64,000 nt of DNA from Nitrospirae bacterium GWF2_44_13 (GCA_001805105.1 MHEE01000015.1:208778-272777); one strand, 5' to 3'. Positions 44,000-52,799 are shown, numbered from the stretch's first letter. Translations and numbers: made by a program. The notes: generated from the sequence alone by a model not told the origin.

Positions 44000-45280
44000 T
44001 TACTTATTCAGCGCCCTCTCAACAGTCCTTATTGCACAGAACTCTCCACACATGCTGCACACTTCGCTTTCCGTTGGAGGAATCTCCGCCCTCCATTCTT
44101 TTACCTTTTCAGGATTAAGGCTCAAGGCAATCTGGCCATTCCAGTCAAGCGCCTTCCTGCATTTTGCCATCTGAATATCTTTATCAATTGCTCCTTTTAT
44201 CCCCTTTGCTATGTCAGCGGCATGGGCAGCAAGCTTTGATACTATGACTCCTTCTTTTACATCCTCTATGGTCGGAAGCCTTATATGCTCTGAAGGAGTA
44301 ACATAGCACAGGAAATCTGCTCCGGCTGCTCCTGCAATCGCGCCTCCGATAGCTGCTGTTATGTGGTCATAACCCATTCCTATGTCTGTTACCAATGGCC
44401 CCAGAACATAAAACGGCGCTCCTTTGCAAATCTCCTTTTCGAGCCTTACATTCAGCTCAACCTGATTCAAAGGAACATGGCCCGGCCCTTCGATAATTAC
44501 CTGAATATTTTTCTCTACAGCCATATCCCTTAGTTCTCCAAGTGTGAGGAGTTCCTCTATCTGAGTTCTGTCTGTTGCATCTGCAAGGCATCCCGGACGC
44601 ATCCCGTCTCCGAGGCTCAGTGTCATGTCATATTTACAGGCAATCTCAAGAAGCCTGTCATACTGCTCATAAAGAGGATTTTCTTTCTGATTGTATATCA
44701 TCCATTCAAGGAGAAACGAGCCTCCTCTGCTTACTATGTCAAGAATCCTTCCCTCTTTTTTCAATCTCTCGACCGCCCTCATTGTGAGTCCCGAATGAAC
44801 AGTAATGAAGTCAACGCCCTCTTCTGCATGTTCTTCTATTACTTTAAAAAGGTCGTCTGCTGTCATCTTTGCTATTGCGCCTTTCTTTTCAGCAGCACGA
44901 ACAGCAGCCTCATAGATTGGAACTGTCCCAACTGCAACAGGAGATTTTTTAATCATCATCTTCCTGAGTTCTTTTATCGGCCCTCCTGTTGAAAGGTCCA
45001 TCACAGCATCAGCGCCGTACTTAACAAGGACTTCAAGTTTTTCCATCTCCTCGTCTATTGAAATCCTGTCTCTTGAGGTGCCGATATTGGCATTTATTTT
45101 TGTGCGCATGTTTTTTCCGATACCCATAGGCTTTATCTTGTGGTTTATGTTTATCGGGATAACACTCACGCCTGATGCAATATCTCCCGAAAGCTGTTCG
45201 GGCGTCAACCCCTCATCAGATGCAACAAGCTTTACCTCATCTGTGATAATCCCCTTTTTCGCCAGTTCTATTCTCGTCAT
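44000..45280 (-). CDS. thiC: Phosphomethylpyrimidine synthase
   Basis: Radical-SAM-like C-terminal CSMCGEFC and conserved GPGHVP and TPSEH segments. Confidence 0.93.
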   Translation of the reverse strand: MTRIELAKKGIITDEVKLVASDEGLTPEQLSGDIASGVSVIPININHKIKPMGIGKNMRTKINANIGTSRDRISIDEEMEKLEVLVKYGADAVMDLSTGGPIKELRKMMIKKSPVAVGTVPIYEAAVRAAEKKGAIAKMTADDLFKVIEEHAEEGVDFITVHSGLTMRAVERLKKEGRILDIVSRGGSFLLEWMIYNQKENPLYEQYDRLLEIACKYDMTLSLGDGMRPGCLADATDRTQIEELLTLGELRDMAVEKNIQVIIEGPGHVPLNQVELNVRLEKEICKGAPFYVLGPLVTDIGMGYDHITAAIGGAIAGAAGADFLCYVTPSEHIRLPTIEDVKEGVIVSKLAAHAADIAKGIKGAIDKDIQMAKCRKALDWNGQIALSLNPEKVKEWRAEIPPTESEVCSMCGEFCAIRTVERALNK

Positions 45281-45930
45281 TTCAATAACTCCAAAAACTT
45301 CGTTGTTTTTTCTTTAATATCTTTAGCCCCTAAAATTCCACTTATCAGCGCAATGCCATCAGCGCCTGCATCCATAACCTCTTTAATTCTATCCTGCTTT
45401 ATTCCCCCAATTGCAAAAACCGGAATTGAAATCTCAGCCTTTGCTTTTCTGTTAATATCAACTCCGAGAGGCTGGCCATATTTCATCTTTGACGGTGTTT
45501 TATAAACAGGACCGAGCGTTATAAAATCAGCGCCTTCCTTCTCTGCTTGCATTGCCTCTTCAATGCTGTGCGCTGATACCCCTATCATAAATTTATCTTT
45601 GGCGATTTTTCTTACAGCATGAGGAGGTATGCTATCCTGCCCGAGATGAACGCCATCAGCCTCAACAGACAGCGCAATATCAACCCTGTCATTAATGAAT
45701 AATTTCGCCCTGTATTTATCTGTTATTTCCCTCATTCTGTATGCCATATATAGCAATTCCCTTGTGCCTAAATCTTTTTCTCTTAACTGCACTGCTTTCA
45801 CGCCGCCTTTTAATGCCGCTTCAACAGCAGTGAATAGCGAACAGCTTTCAGCTATCAGCTTCCTGTCCGTTATTAAATATAATTTAAAGTCAACAGGCTG
45901 ACTGCTGATTGCTGACTGCTGATTGCTCAC
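45277..45930 (-). CDS. thiE: Thiamine-phosphate synthase; GTG start and first ~11 codons lie in a heptamer repeat
   Basis: LYLITD...VQLREK...HLGQDS...GPVY.T.SK core. The N-terminus MSNQQSAISSQ is encoded by (CAGCAAT/CAGCAGT) units. Confidence 0.88.
   Translation of the reverse strand: MSNQQSAISSQPVDFKLYLITDRKLIAESCSLFTAVEAALKGGVKAVQLREKDLGTRELLYMAYRMREITDKYRAKLFINDRVDIALSVEADGVHLGQDSIPPHAVRKIAKDKFMIGVSAHSIEEAMQAEKEGADFITLGPVYKTPSKMKYGQPLGVDINRKAKAEISIPVFAIGGIKQDRIKEVMDAGADGIALISGILGAKDIKEKTTKFLELLK
45901..45928 (-). repeat. Four tandem heptamers (CAGCAAT CAGCAGT)x2 on the minus strand
   Basis: Read directly. These are the same unit family as the ubiD insertion. Confidence 0.9.
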
Positions 45931-45932
45931 TT

Positions 45933-46703
45933 TTACAGCATCCCCTCTATCGGACTGCTCGCAGCGGCATAAAGTTTTTTAGGAATCCTCCCTGCCTTAT
46001 ACGCAAGCCTGCCTGCAATCACCGCATGTTTCATAGCGCTTGCCATCGCAATCGGATCTTTTGCCCCTGCAATCGCAGTGTTAAGAAGCACCGCATCGCA
46101 GCCTAATTCCATCGCAACAGCAACGTCAGACGCAGTTCCTACACCAGCGTCCACGATAACAGGAGCTTTCACTGTCTCTAAAATAATCTTGATATTGTAT
46201 GGATTCCTTATTCCAAGTCCGGAGCCTATCGGAGCAGCCAACGGCATCACAGCAACAGCGCCTGCATCAATCAGCCTTTTCGCCATTATTGGATCATCAT
46301 TGGTGTATGGGAATACAAGGAAGCCTTCCTTTGCGAGAATCTCAGTAGCTTTGAGCAGGCCGATAACATCAGGGAAAAGTGTCTTTTCGTCTCCTATTAC
46401 CTCAAGCTTAATCATATCCGAAATACCTGCCTCTCTTGCAAGCCTTGAATATCTGAGGGCATCCTCAACATTGTAACAGCCGGCAGTATTCGGAAGAATC
46501 TTGTATTTCCTGGGGTTAATATAGTCAAACAGGTTTTCGGATTTCCTGTCTATGATATTCACCCTTCTTACAGCAACAGTGACAACATCAGCGCCTGATG
46601 CCTCAATAGCCTTCTTCGTCTCCTCAAAGTCCTTATACTTTCCTGTCCCCACCCAGAGACGGGATTTGAATTCTATCCCTTTGATTATCAACTTATCTTC
46701 CAT
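45933..46703 (-). CDS. thiG: Thiazole synthase
   Basis: [10 protein letters not shown]...LPNTAGC...KLEVIGD...[10 protein letters not shown] motifs. Confidence 0.94.
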   Translation of the reverse strand: MEDKLIIKGIEFKSRLWVGTGKYKDFEETKKAIEASGADVVTVAVRRVNIIDRKSENLFDYINPRKYKILPNTAGCYNVEDALRYSRLAREAGISDMIKLEVIGDEKTLFPDVIGLLKATEILAKEGFLVFPYTNDDPIMAKRLIDAGAVAVMPLAAPIGSGLGIRNPYNIKIILETVKAPVIVDAGVGTASDVAVAMELGCDAVLLNTAIAGAKDPIAMASAMKHAVIAGRLAYKAGRIPKKLYAAASSPIEGML

Positions 46704-46903
46704 TGCCCTCCTCCAACAAAATTCACAATCTCAATCCTGTCCCCGTCTTTCAACCTGCAACTGCCATAATCAGACTTCTTTATTATTGAAAGATTTACCT
46801 CAACAGCAACCCTCTCAGGTTTAATGCAAAACTCTCCAAGAAGCTCCTGAAGAGTCTCAGCCTTTGACACTTCTAAATCCTCTCCGTTTATAATCAGCCT
46901 CAT
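46688..46903 (-). CDS. thiS: Sulfur-carrier protein ThiS (with 5 residues after the Gly-Gly)
   Basis: MRLIINGE...[13 protein letters not shown], then QWKIS and stop. I start at 46903 because the upstream ATG at 46921 lies inside the riboswitch terminator. Confidence 0.8.
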   Translation of the reverse strand: MRLIINGEDLEVSKAETLQELLGEFCIKPERVAVEVNLSIIKKSDYGSCRLKDGDRIEIVNFVGGGQWKIS

Positions 46904-47038
46904 AAAAACAAAAAACCGCATCCATGGAAAAGGATACGGCCTGCCTTCCCATCCCTACGCCGGCATTATCCGTATCAGGTTCATGGGGTCTCCCGATAAA
47001 ATCGGGACTCTCAGGCTCTCGCCTCCCCCAGGGGTTGA
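46904..47038 (-). ncRNA. TPP (THI-box) riboswitch with an intrinsic terminator expression platform
   Basis: The minus strand reads GGGGGAGGCGAGAGCCUGAGAGUCCCGAUUUUAUCGGGAGACCCCAUGAACCUGAUACGGAUAAUGCCGGCGUAGGGA. This is followed by the hairpin CCGUAUCC-uuuuccau-GGAUGCGG and UUUUUUGUUUUU. Confidence 0.92.
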
Positions 47039-47068
47039 TTTAAGTATAGTGGAGATTTTAAAGGAATG

Positions 47069-47806
47069 TCAAATCAGCGTATTTATCTTATGCGCCAGAC
47101 ACCCTGCCCCGAATCCATTGTCCACATTCATGACGGCAATTCCCGGCACGCATGAATTAAGCATAGCAAAAAGCGCAGTTAATCCACCGAGGCTCGTGCC
47201 GTATCCTGTTGATGTAGGCACAGCAATTATAGGCTTGTCTGTTAATCCTCCCACAACTGATGGAAGCGCGCCCTCCATTCCGGCAATAACAATGATAACC
47301 CTGGCGTCTTTAATATGTTTCTTATTATCCATGAGCCTGTGAAGTCCGGCAACACCGACATCATAAAGAGCATTAACCCTGCTTCCAAGAAACGAGGCTG
47401 TGACAGCTGCCTCCTCTGCAACGGGGATGTCTGATGTTCCCGCTGTAAGAATAAGAACATTCCCTGTTTTTTTCTTTTCTCTTCCTATTGAAATAATTCC
47501 TGATGCAGGATGAAAAACAGCGCCCCTGATTTTAAGGGTGTTATAAACATCTTTAGCGGCTTTAGTAATGAGGAATTTTTTGCTTTTTTTATACATTGCC
47601 TTTGCAATGCTAATCACCTGTTCCTTTGTCTTTCCCGACGCAAAGATAACCTCCGGCACTCCCTGCCTCAGATACCTGTGATGGTCAACCTTTGCAAATG
47701 AGATGTCTTCGTATGGAAAGTGCTTAAGTTTTTTTACTGCGCCTTCAACAGAGATGCCGCCGCTTTTTACCGACGAGAGAATCTTCTTTATCTTGTCGTT
47801 ATTCAT
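47069..47806 (-). CDS. larB: LarB-like (PurE-fold) nickel-pincer cofactor biosynthesis carboxylase/hydrolase
   Basis: 245 aa with an N-terminal extension plus an AIR-carboxylase fold (ILTAGTSD...VIAGMEGALPSVV). Confidence 0.7.
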   Translation of the reverse strand: MNNDKIKKILSSVKSGGISVEGAVKKLKHFPYEDISFAKVDHHRYLRQGVPEVIFASGKTKEQVISIAKAMYKKSKKFLITKAAKDVYNTLKIRGAVFHPASGIISIGREKKKTGNVLILTAGTSDIPVAEEAAVTASFLGSRVNALYDVGVAGLHRLMDNKKHIKDARVIIVIAGMEGALPSVVGGLTDKPIIAVPTSTGYGTSLGGLTALFAMLNSCVPGIAVMNVDNGFGAGCLAHKINTLI

Positions 47807-47814
47807 CCCTGGAA

Positions 47815-48804
47815 TTAAAACTCAGACTTTAATGCGCGGTTCATGAGGTCATTGACAGCCTCTGCGGGACTTTTGTCCTCGTAGAGGACTTTGTATACCT
47901 GCTCCACAATAGGCATCTCAACATTATATTTTTTTGAAAGGTGATAGGCTGATTCAGCGGTATCCACACCCTCTGCAACCGCCCTTGTCTGTGAGAGAAT
48001 ATCAGCGAGTTTCATGCCCTGAGCAAGTTTAATCCCTGTCGTGTGATTCCTTGAAATTGTGCTTGTGCATGTCAGCACCAGATCGCCAAGCCCGCTTAAT
48101 CCCGAAAAAGTCTCCTCTTTGGCGCCCATCGCAAGGCCAAGCCTTCTCATTTCCGCAAGCCCTCTTGTAATCATCGCTGCGCGCGCGTTGCTGCCCAGTC
48201 CGAGGCCGTCAGATATTCCTGATGCGATAGCCATCACATTTTTCAGCGCCCCGCCAAGTTCAACGCCGATTAAGTCATTGTTCGTATAAACCCTGAAATG
48301 ATTTGTATTTAAAATTTCCTGAAGCAGCAAGCCTGTATCCGTATCTTCTGTTGCAAGCGTTACTGCTGTAGGTTTTTTCATTATCGCCTCTTTTGCAAAG
48401 CTGGGGCCGGAAATTACAGCGATCTTATGCGCTGTAATTTCTTTGAATATAGAAGAAACCGTAAGGAGGGTCCCCCGCTCTATGCCTTTTGATGCGCTTA
48501 TGATTACAGCCTCATCGGGAATATAAAAATCCGCCTTTTCGAATACTGCTCTTGTATATTGTGTCGGTATAGCGCTCACAACATATCTGGCCTGTTTTAC
48601 GGCTTCATTCAATTTATGCGTGATTCTTATGTTGTCGGGAATAGCAATATCAGGCAGGTAAATACCGTTTATTCTTGTGTTCCTTATCTCTTCGGCAAGA
48701 GATTCCTCATATACCCATAGAGAAATGTCAAAACCCTTCTCGGATAAAATACACGCAAGGGTTGTCCCCCAGCTTCCTGCGCCTATGACTGCAATATAGC
48801 CCAT
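47815..48804 (-). CDS. gpsA: NAD(P)H-dependent glycerol-3-phosphate dehydrogenase
   Basis: IGAGSWGT Rossmann motif, GALKNV, and a GLGDLVLTC segment. Confidence 0.93.
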   Translation of the reverse strand: MGYIAVIGAGSWGTTLACILSEKGFDISLWVYEESLAEEIRNTRINGIYLPDIAIPDNIRITHKLNEAVKQARYVVSAIPTQYTRAVFEKADFYIPDEAVIISASKGIERGTLLTVSSIFKEITAHKIAVISGPSFAKEAIMKKPTAVTLATEDTDTGLLLQEILNTNHFRVYTNNDLIGVELGGALKNVMAIASGISDGLGLGSNARAAMITRGLAEMRRLGLAMGAKEETFSGLSGLGDLVLTCTSTISRNHTTGIKLAQGMKLADILSQTRAVAEGVDTAESAYHLSKKYNVEMPIVEQVYKVLYEDKSPAEAVNDLMNRALKSEF

Positions 48805-48805
48805 A

Positions 48806-48852
48806 AATATCAGTAAACAGTGTTAGTTATTAGTGTCAGTAACTGACACTCT
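48806..48852. repeat. NNNYAGT 6-7-mer tandem tract ending in the perfect palindrome AGTGTCAGT-A-ACTGACACT
   Basis: The palindrome is at 48832-48850. The same GTGTCAGT/ACTGACAC words occur in the acsC-acsB spacer. Confidence 0.85.
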
Positions 48853-48856
48853 AAAT

Positions 48857-49837
48857 CTACCATTTTATCAACACCGACGCCCATGTAAGCCCGCCGCCGA
48901 AAGCCTCAAGAAGAACATAATCTCCGTCCCTTACCCTGCCCTGCCTTACGGCCTCATCAAGCGCAATAGGTATGGAGGCGGCAGATGTATTCCCGTATTT
49001 ATCGATATTCACAAAAACCTTTTCCACCGGAAGGTTAAGCCTCTCGGCAGTTGCCTGTATGATTCTCAGATTAGCCTGATGAGGGATTAAAAGGGAAATC
49101 TGGGATGCCTTGAGCTTGTTTTCTTCGAGGGTTCTTGACACAAGATTTTCCAGTGTCCGCACAGCAACCTTGAAGGTCTCGTTGCCTTTCATCTTAAGAT
49201 AGTGCATCTTCTTTTTCAGTGATTCTTTAGAGGGAGGATTAATTGAGCCGCCGCCCGGCATATGCAGGAGTTCCCACAGTGCTCCGTCAGACCTTATATG
49301 TGCAGAGACTATCCCTCTGTCTTCATCTGTCGCTTCCAGTATTGCGGCTCCGGCGCCATCGCCAAAAAGCACGCAAGTTGTCCTGTCTTCCCAGTCGGTA
49401 AAGCGCGAAAGGACTTCAGCGCCTACGACCAGTATTCTCTTATAAGTGCCGTTTTTTATAAAACTGTCCGCTATAGAAAGTCCGTAAAGGAATCCCGAAC
49501 ATGCGGCATTCACATCAAAGGCAGCAGCTTTTTTTATGCCGAGCTTATGCTGAAGATGGCATGCTGTTGCAGGTATAGGCATGTCCCCTGTGACCGTTGC
49601 AACAATTATCAATTCAATATCTTTTGCTTTTATATCCGCTTTTTTCAGGGCCGCCTTTGCCGCCTCATACGCAAGGTCCGATGCCGCCTCTTTCTCGCTT
49701 GCTATCCGCCTTTCCCTGATGCCTGACCTTTCCCTTATCCATTCATCAGACGTATCAACCATCTTTTCAAGATCAAAATTGGTAAGCACACGCTCCGGCA
49801 CATAAGAGCCTGTTGCGATAATCTTAGCCCTTAACAA
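48857..49837 (-). CDS. fabH: 3-oxoacyl-ACP synthase III
   Basis: Active-site segment AACSGF, then HQAN and a GNTSAAS segment. Confidence 0.94.
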   Translation of the reverse strand: MLRAKIIATGSYVPERVLTNFDLEKMVDTSDEWIRERSGIRERRIASEKEAASDLAYEAAKAALKKADIKAKDIELIIVATVTGDMPIPATACHLQHKLGIKKAAAFDVNAACSGFLYGLSIADSFIKNGTYKRILVVGAEVLSRFTDWEDRTTCVLFGDGAGAAILEATDEDRGIVSAHIRSDGALWELLHMPGGGSINPPSKESLKKKMHYLKMKGNETFKVAVRTLENLVSRTLEENKLKASQISLLIPHQANLRIIQATAERLNLPVEKVFVNIDKYGNTSAASIPIALDEAVRQGRVRDGDYVLLEAFGGGLTWASVLIKW

Positions 49838-50846
49838 CAGCCTTCTCCTTTGTGCGAAGGTTCAATATCTCCTCTGATATAATCTCATGAACTTTCTTTC
49901 TGGAAAACTCTGCTGCAACCTTGATTGCATTTCTTACTGCGCGCGATGAAGATCTTCCGTGGCTTATTATGCATGTGCCGTTTATTCCAAGCAGGGGCGC
50001 GCCGCCATATTCGGCATAGTCTGTTTTCTTTCTGAAGTTCTTCAGCGCAGGCTTCATAAAAAGATACCCGACCCTTCCTGTTGCCATTCCCGCAATCTCC
50101 CTCTTGAGCATTTTTATTATCATATCAGCAAGCCCTTCGCTGGTTTTCAAAAACACATTTCCTATAAACCCATCGCAGACCACCACATCAGCATCGCCGG
50201 AAAAAACATCTTTCCCCTCTATATTTCCTGTAAAATTCAGATTTGTGCCTTTAAGAAGCTTGAAGGCCTCTCTGGTAAGTTCGTTGCCCTTAACATCTTC
50301 CTCTCCTATGCTCAGAAGCGCCACCTTTGGCTCGCGCTTGCCTAAAATCGCCTTGTAATATGAGCTGCCCATCAATCCGAACTGAAGCAGATTCTCTGCC
50401 CTGCAGTCAACATTTGCGCCGGCATCTATCAGAACAAACAGGCCTTTGAGTGTAGGTATTGTAGCTGCGATAGCAGGCCTGTCAACGCCTTTTGATGTTC
50501 CGAGAACAAAGAGCGCCGAAGCCATTGCAACGCCTGAATTGCCTGCGCTCACCACTGCGTCAGCTTCTTTATTTTTCACAGCGTCAACAGCGCGCCTGAT
50601 AGAGGAATCCTTTTTTTTCCTGAGAGCGGTAACAGGAGACTCATGCATTCCTATGACCTGAGATGTGTGCCTGATTTGAATACGGTTGGATGTGCAGCGC
50701 CTGTCTTTCAGTTCTTTTTTGAGCTGTGCCTCATCCCCGAAAAGTATGACCTCAAGGTCGTCGTATTCTCTTACAGTCTCAACAGCGCCCTCTACCGTAA
50801 CAGCAGGGGCATAATCGCCCCCCATGGCATCAAGGGCAATCCTCAT
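49824..50846 (-). CDS. plsX: Phosphate acyltransferase PlsX
   Basis: IALDAMGGD N-terminus. It lies between rpmF and fabH. Confidence 0.93.
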   Translation of the reverse strand: MRIALDAMGGDYAPAVTVEGAVETVREYDDLEVILFGDEAQLKKELKDRRCTSNRIQIRHTSQVIGMHESPVTALRKKKDSSIRRAVDAVKNKEADAVVSAGNSGVAMASALFVLGTSKGVDRPAIAATIPTLKGLFVLIDAGANVDCRAENLLQFGLMGSSYYKAILGKREPKVALLSIGEEDVKGNELTREAFKLLKGTNLNFTGNIEGKDVFSGDADVVVCDGFIGNVFLKTSEGLADMIIKMLKREIAGMATGRVGYLFMKPALKNFRKKTDYAEYGGAPLLGINGTCIISHGRSSSRAVRNAIKVAAEFSRKKVHEIISEEILNLRTKEKAVVKG

Positions 50847-51031
50847 GCTTCTTTTTCAACTGTTTCAAGAACCTTGTTGCCGTTGTACGAACCGCAGCTT
50901 GGGCACACCCTGTGCGACAGCTTTAGTTCCTTACACTCAGGGCAAGAGCTTAAATTGGGCGTCTGTCCCTTCCAGTTTGCCCTGCGTTTGTCTCTTCTTG
51001 TCCTCGTATGTCTGTGCGTCGGATTAGCCAT
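50843..51031 (-). CDS. rpmF: 50S ribosomal protein L32
   Basis: MANPTHRHTRTRRDKRR...CPEC...CPSCG. Confidence 0.93.
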   Translation of the reverse strand: MANPTHRHTRTRRDKRRANWKGQTPNLSSCPECKELKLSHRVCPSCGSYNGNKVLETVEKEA

Positions 51032-51035
51032 TTTT

Positions 51036-51551
51036 TTACTCCCTTCTTAATAATTCTTTTAATTCTTTCAGTCCCTCAAGTCTTGAGTCTGTTTTATCTA
51101 AAGTGCAACTGCATTTATTCACATTTAAGTCTGTCCCGCATTTCGGGCATATTCCCTTGCAGGTTTCACTGCACAGCGGTTTCATGGAAACATTCAAAAG
51201 TATCTGTTCTTTCAGCAGTTCCGTGAGTTCAAGCTCATCCCCGAAATAAAATCCTGTCTCCAGTTCATCTTCCCTGATCTCGCACTTGCCCTCTGCCTTC
51301 AATTCCTCGGCAGGGTGGTACGTTACAATAATTGGAGCGCTTATTTCAGATGTATAGTTTTTCAGGCATCTGCTGCATTCATGCTCTGCACTTGCCGTTA
51401 TCTCACCCTGTATTACAACCTCGGGCATTATCTTCCTTATGCTTAACTGCCCTTTTACAGGAGAAACCAGTTTTATAACATCTGACTCAAGCGTCTCATC
51501 AATTGTAAGTTCCAGACCCTCGTCAGGTATCTCTGAAATCAGTATCTTCAT
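51036..51551 (-). CDS. yceD: YceD/DUF177 family protein
   Basis: 171 aa acidic protein with CSRC...CPKCG, directly upstream of rpmF. Confidence 0.85.
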   Translation of the reverse strand: MKILISEIPDEGLELTIDETLESDVIKLVSPVKGQLSIRKIMPEVVIQGEITASAEHECSRCLKNYTSEISAPIIVTYHPAEELKAEGKCEIREDELETGFYFGDELELTELLKEQILLNVSMKPLCSETCKGICPKCGTDLNVNKCSCTLDKTDSRLEGLKELKELLRRE

Positions 51552-51580
51552 CTTTGCGTACCAATAGAGAAAAGTGTTTA

Positions 51581-51610
51581 ATTATAAAGAATACCCTAAA
51601 AACATGTCAA
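51581..51610 (-). promoter_or_regulatory. Sigma70-like promoter (TTGACA-N18-TATAAT) for yceD-rpmF-plsX-fabH
   Basis: The minus strand has TTGACA (51610-51605) and TATAAT (51586-51581), ~30 nt upstream of the yceD ATG. Confidence 0.55.
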
Positions 51611-51957
51611 GGAAACCCAATGTGAAATTTACCTTGACCAACATTTTGGCATCTTATAATATTGCTAACATGGGGATAGAGAATATAAAACAATGACAGA
51701 GCGATCTCTGATTTTCAGAGGGCTTGTAATATGGGGGATGAACATGGGTGCAGGAATTTAAAGAAGGCTTTACAAAGCAGATAAACCAAAAAATGGATGC
51801 GGGCGGCTGATAGCCACCGATGAATTAAACAAGCTCCTCTATGCCTTGGCGCTTGAGACAGTGGACGCGAAGCAAGCATATGTTCCTCTCAATAACCTAT
51901 GCGGAAATCGGGCCTTTCATTTATCCTCCGGTTAGGAATTAGGATTTGTAATTCTCC

Positions 51958-52062
51958 TTAACTGCACTGCATGCCTACGAAATAAGCTGCAAAAATGCCT
52001 ATGCCGTAAAAAATTGCATGCAAACCAAACTCAGCCAGTAAAGATGATGTTGCTATCTCCAT
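51958..52062 (-). CDS. Unannotated 34-aa hydrophobic peptide ORF (MEIATSSLLAEFGLHAIFYGIGIFAAYFVGMQCS)
   Basis: The ATG is preceded by AAGGAGG at an 8-nt spacing, 23 nt downstream of the lexA stop on the same strand. It is below the ORF-track length cutoff. Confidence 0.45.
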   Translation of the reverse strand: MEIATSSLLAEFGLHAIFYGIGIFAAYFVGMQCS

Positions 52063-52085
52063 AAATCTGTCCTCCTTTTTAAATT

Positions 52086-52679
52086 TTACCTGTATTTCCT
52101 TATCACAGCAGTTACGACTCCAGCTATCTTCAGTTCTTTTTGGGGCTTTATCGGTTTAAATTTAGGATTCGCGGGGATAAGTGTTACAGCGTCTCCGCTT
52201 TTGTCCAGATATTTCATTGTCCATTCAGCATCAATCTCTGCAATCACAATATCTCCGCTTTTGGGAACCTGTCCCTTATCAACAATAACCATGTCTCCAG
52301 GAAGTATGCCTGCCTCTGACATTGAGTAGCCTGAGACCTTTAAGAGAAAAGTGGCCTGAGGATTTTTTACGAGGAAATCATCAAGTGAAAGGGTGTCTGA
52401 AAGCTCCTCTTCGGCGGGGCTCGGGAAACCTGCCTCAACAGTGCCGAGCATCTTTACGGAAGATGCTATTGAGACGGGTATGAGTCTGCCTTTGTCATCT
52501 CTTTCCAGAACCTTGAGTTTTTCAAGCTTATTGACCAGTTTATAAACCGCGTTCTTGGACTTCATCCCAACCATATCTCCTATTTCAGAAAAACTCGGCA
52601 TCCTGCCTTTGTGGTGGTAGAAGTCTGCTATGTCCCTGATTCTTGCCTTTAGCCTGTTTTCCCTTAAGTCTTTTGTCAT
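52086..52679 (-). CDS. lexA: LexA repressor (S24 peptidase)
   Basis: N-terminal wHTH domain, cleavage-site region VEAGFPSP, and Ser/Lys dyad context GYSMSEAGILPGD...MKYL. I start at the ATG at 52679. Confidence 0.88.
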   Translation of the reverse strand: MTKDLRENRLKARIRDIADFYHHKGRMPSFSEIGDMVGMKSKNAVYKLVNKLEKLKVLERDDKGRLIPVSIASSVKMLGTVEAGFPSPAEEELSDTLSLDDFLVKNPQATFLLKVSGYSMSEAGILPGDMVIVDKGQVPKSGDIVIAEIDAEWTMKYLDKSGDAVTLIPANPKFKPIKPQKELKIAGVVTAVIRKYR

Positions 52680-52693
52680 GGCTTTATTATATG

Positions 52694-52709
52694 GTGAACG
52701 ATGGTTCAC
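52694..52709. promoter_or_regulatory. Cheo-type LexA box palindrome GTGAACGATGGTTCAC (GAAC-N4-GTTC)
   Basis: Perfect 16-bp palindrome. On the minus strand it lies 2 nt upstream of a TATAAT hexamer, which itself ends 6 nt before the lexA ATG. Confidence 0.75.
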
Positions 52710-52799
52710 TGTCAAGAGAATTCTTAAAACCAACCGCCCCACCCTGCGTATTTCAATGTATAATCGCCGACCTCATTTTTTGGTAAGATATACCTGAAC

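Noticed and set aside
46983-47342. Plus-strand 119-aa ORF, and the thiS start at 46921
   Set aside because: The plus-strand ORF covers the reverse complement of the TPP riboswitch and the larB 3' end. The ATG at 46921 lies within the riboswitch terminator stem and U-run.
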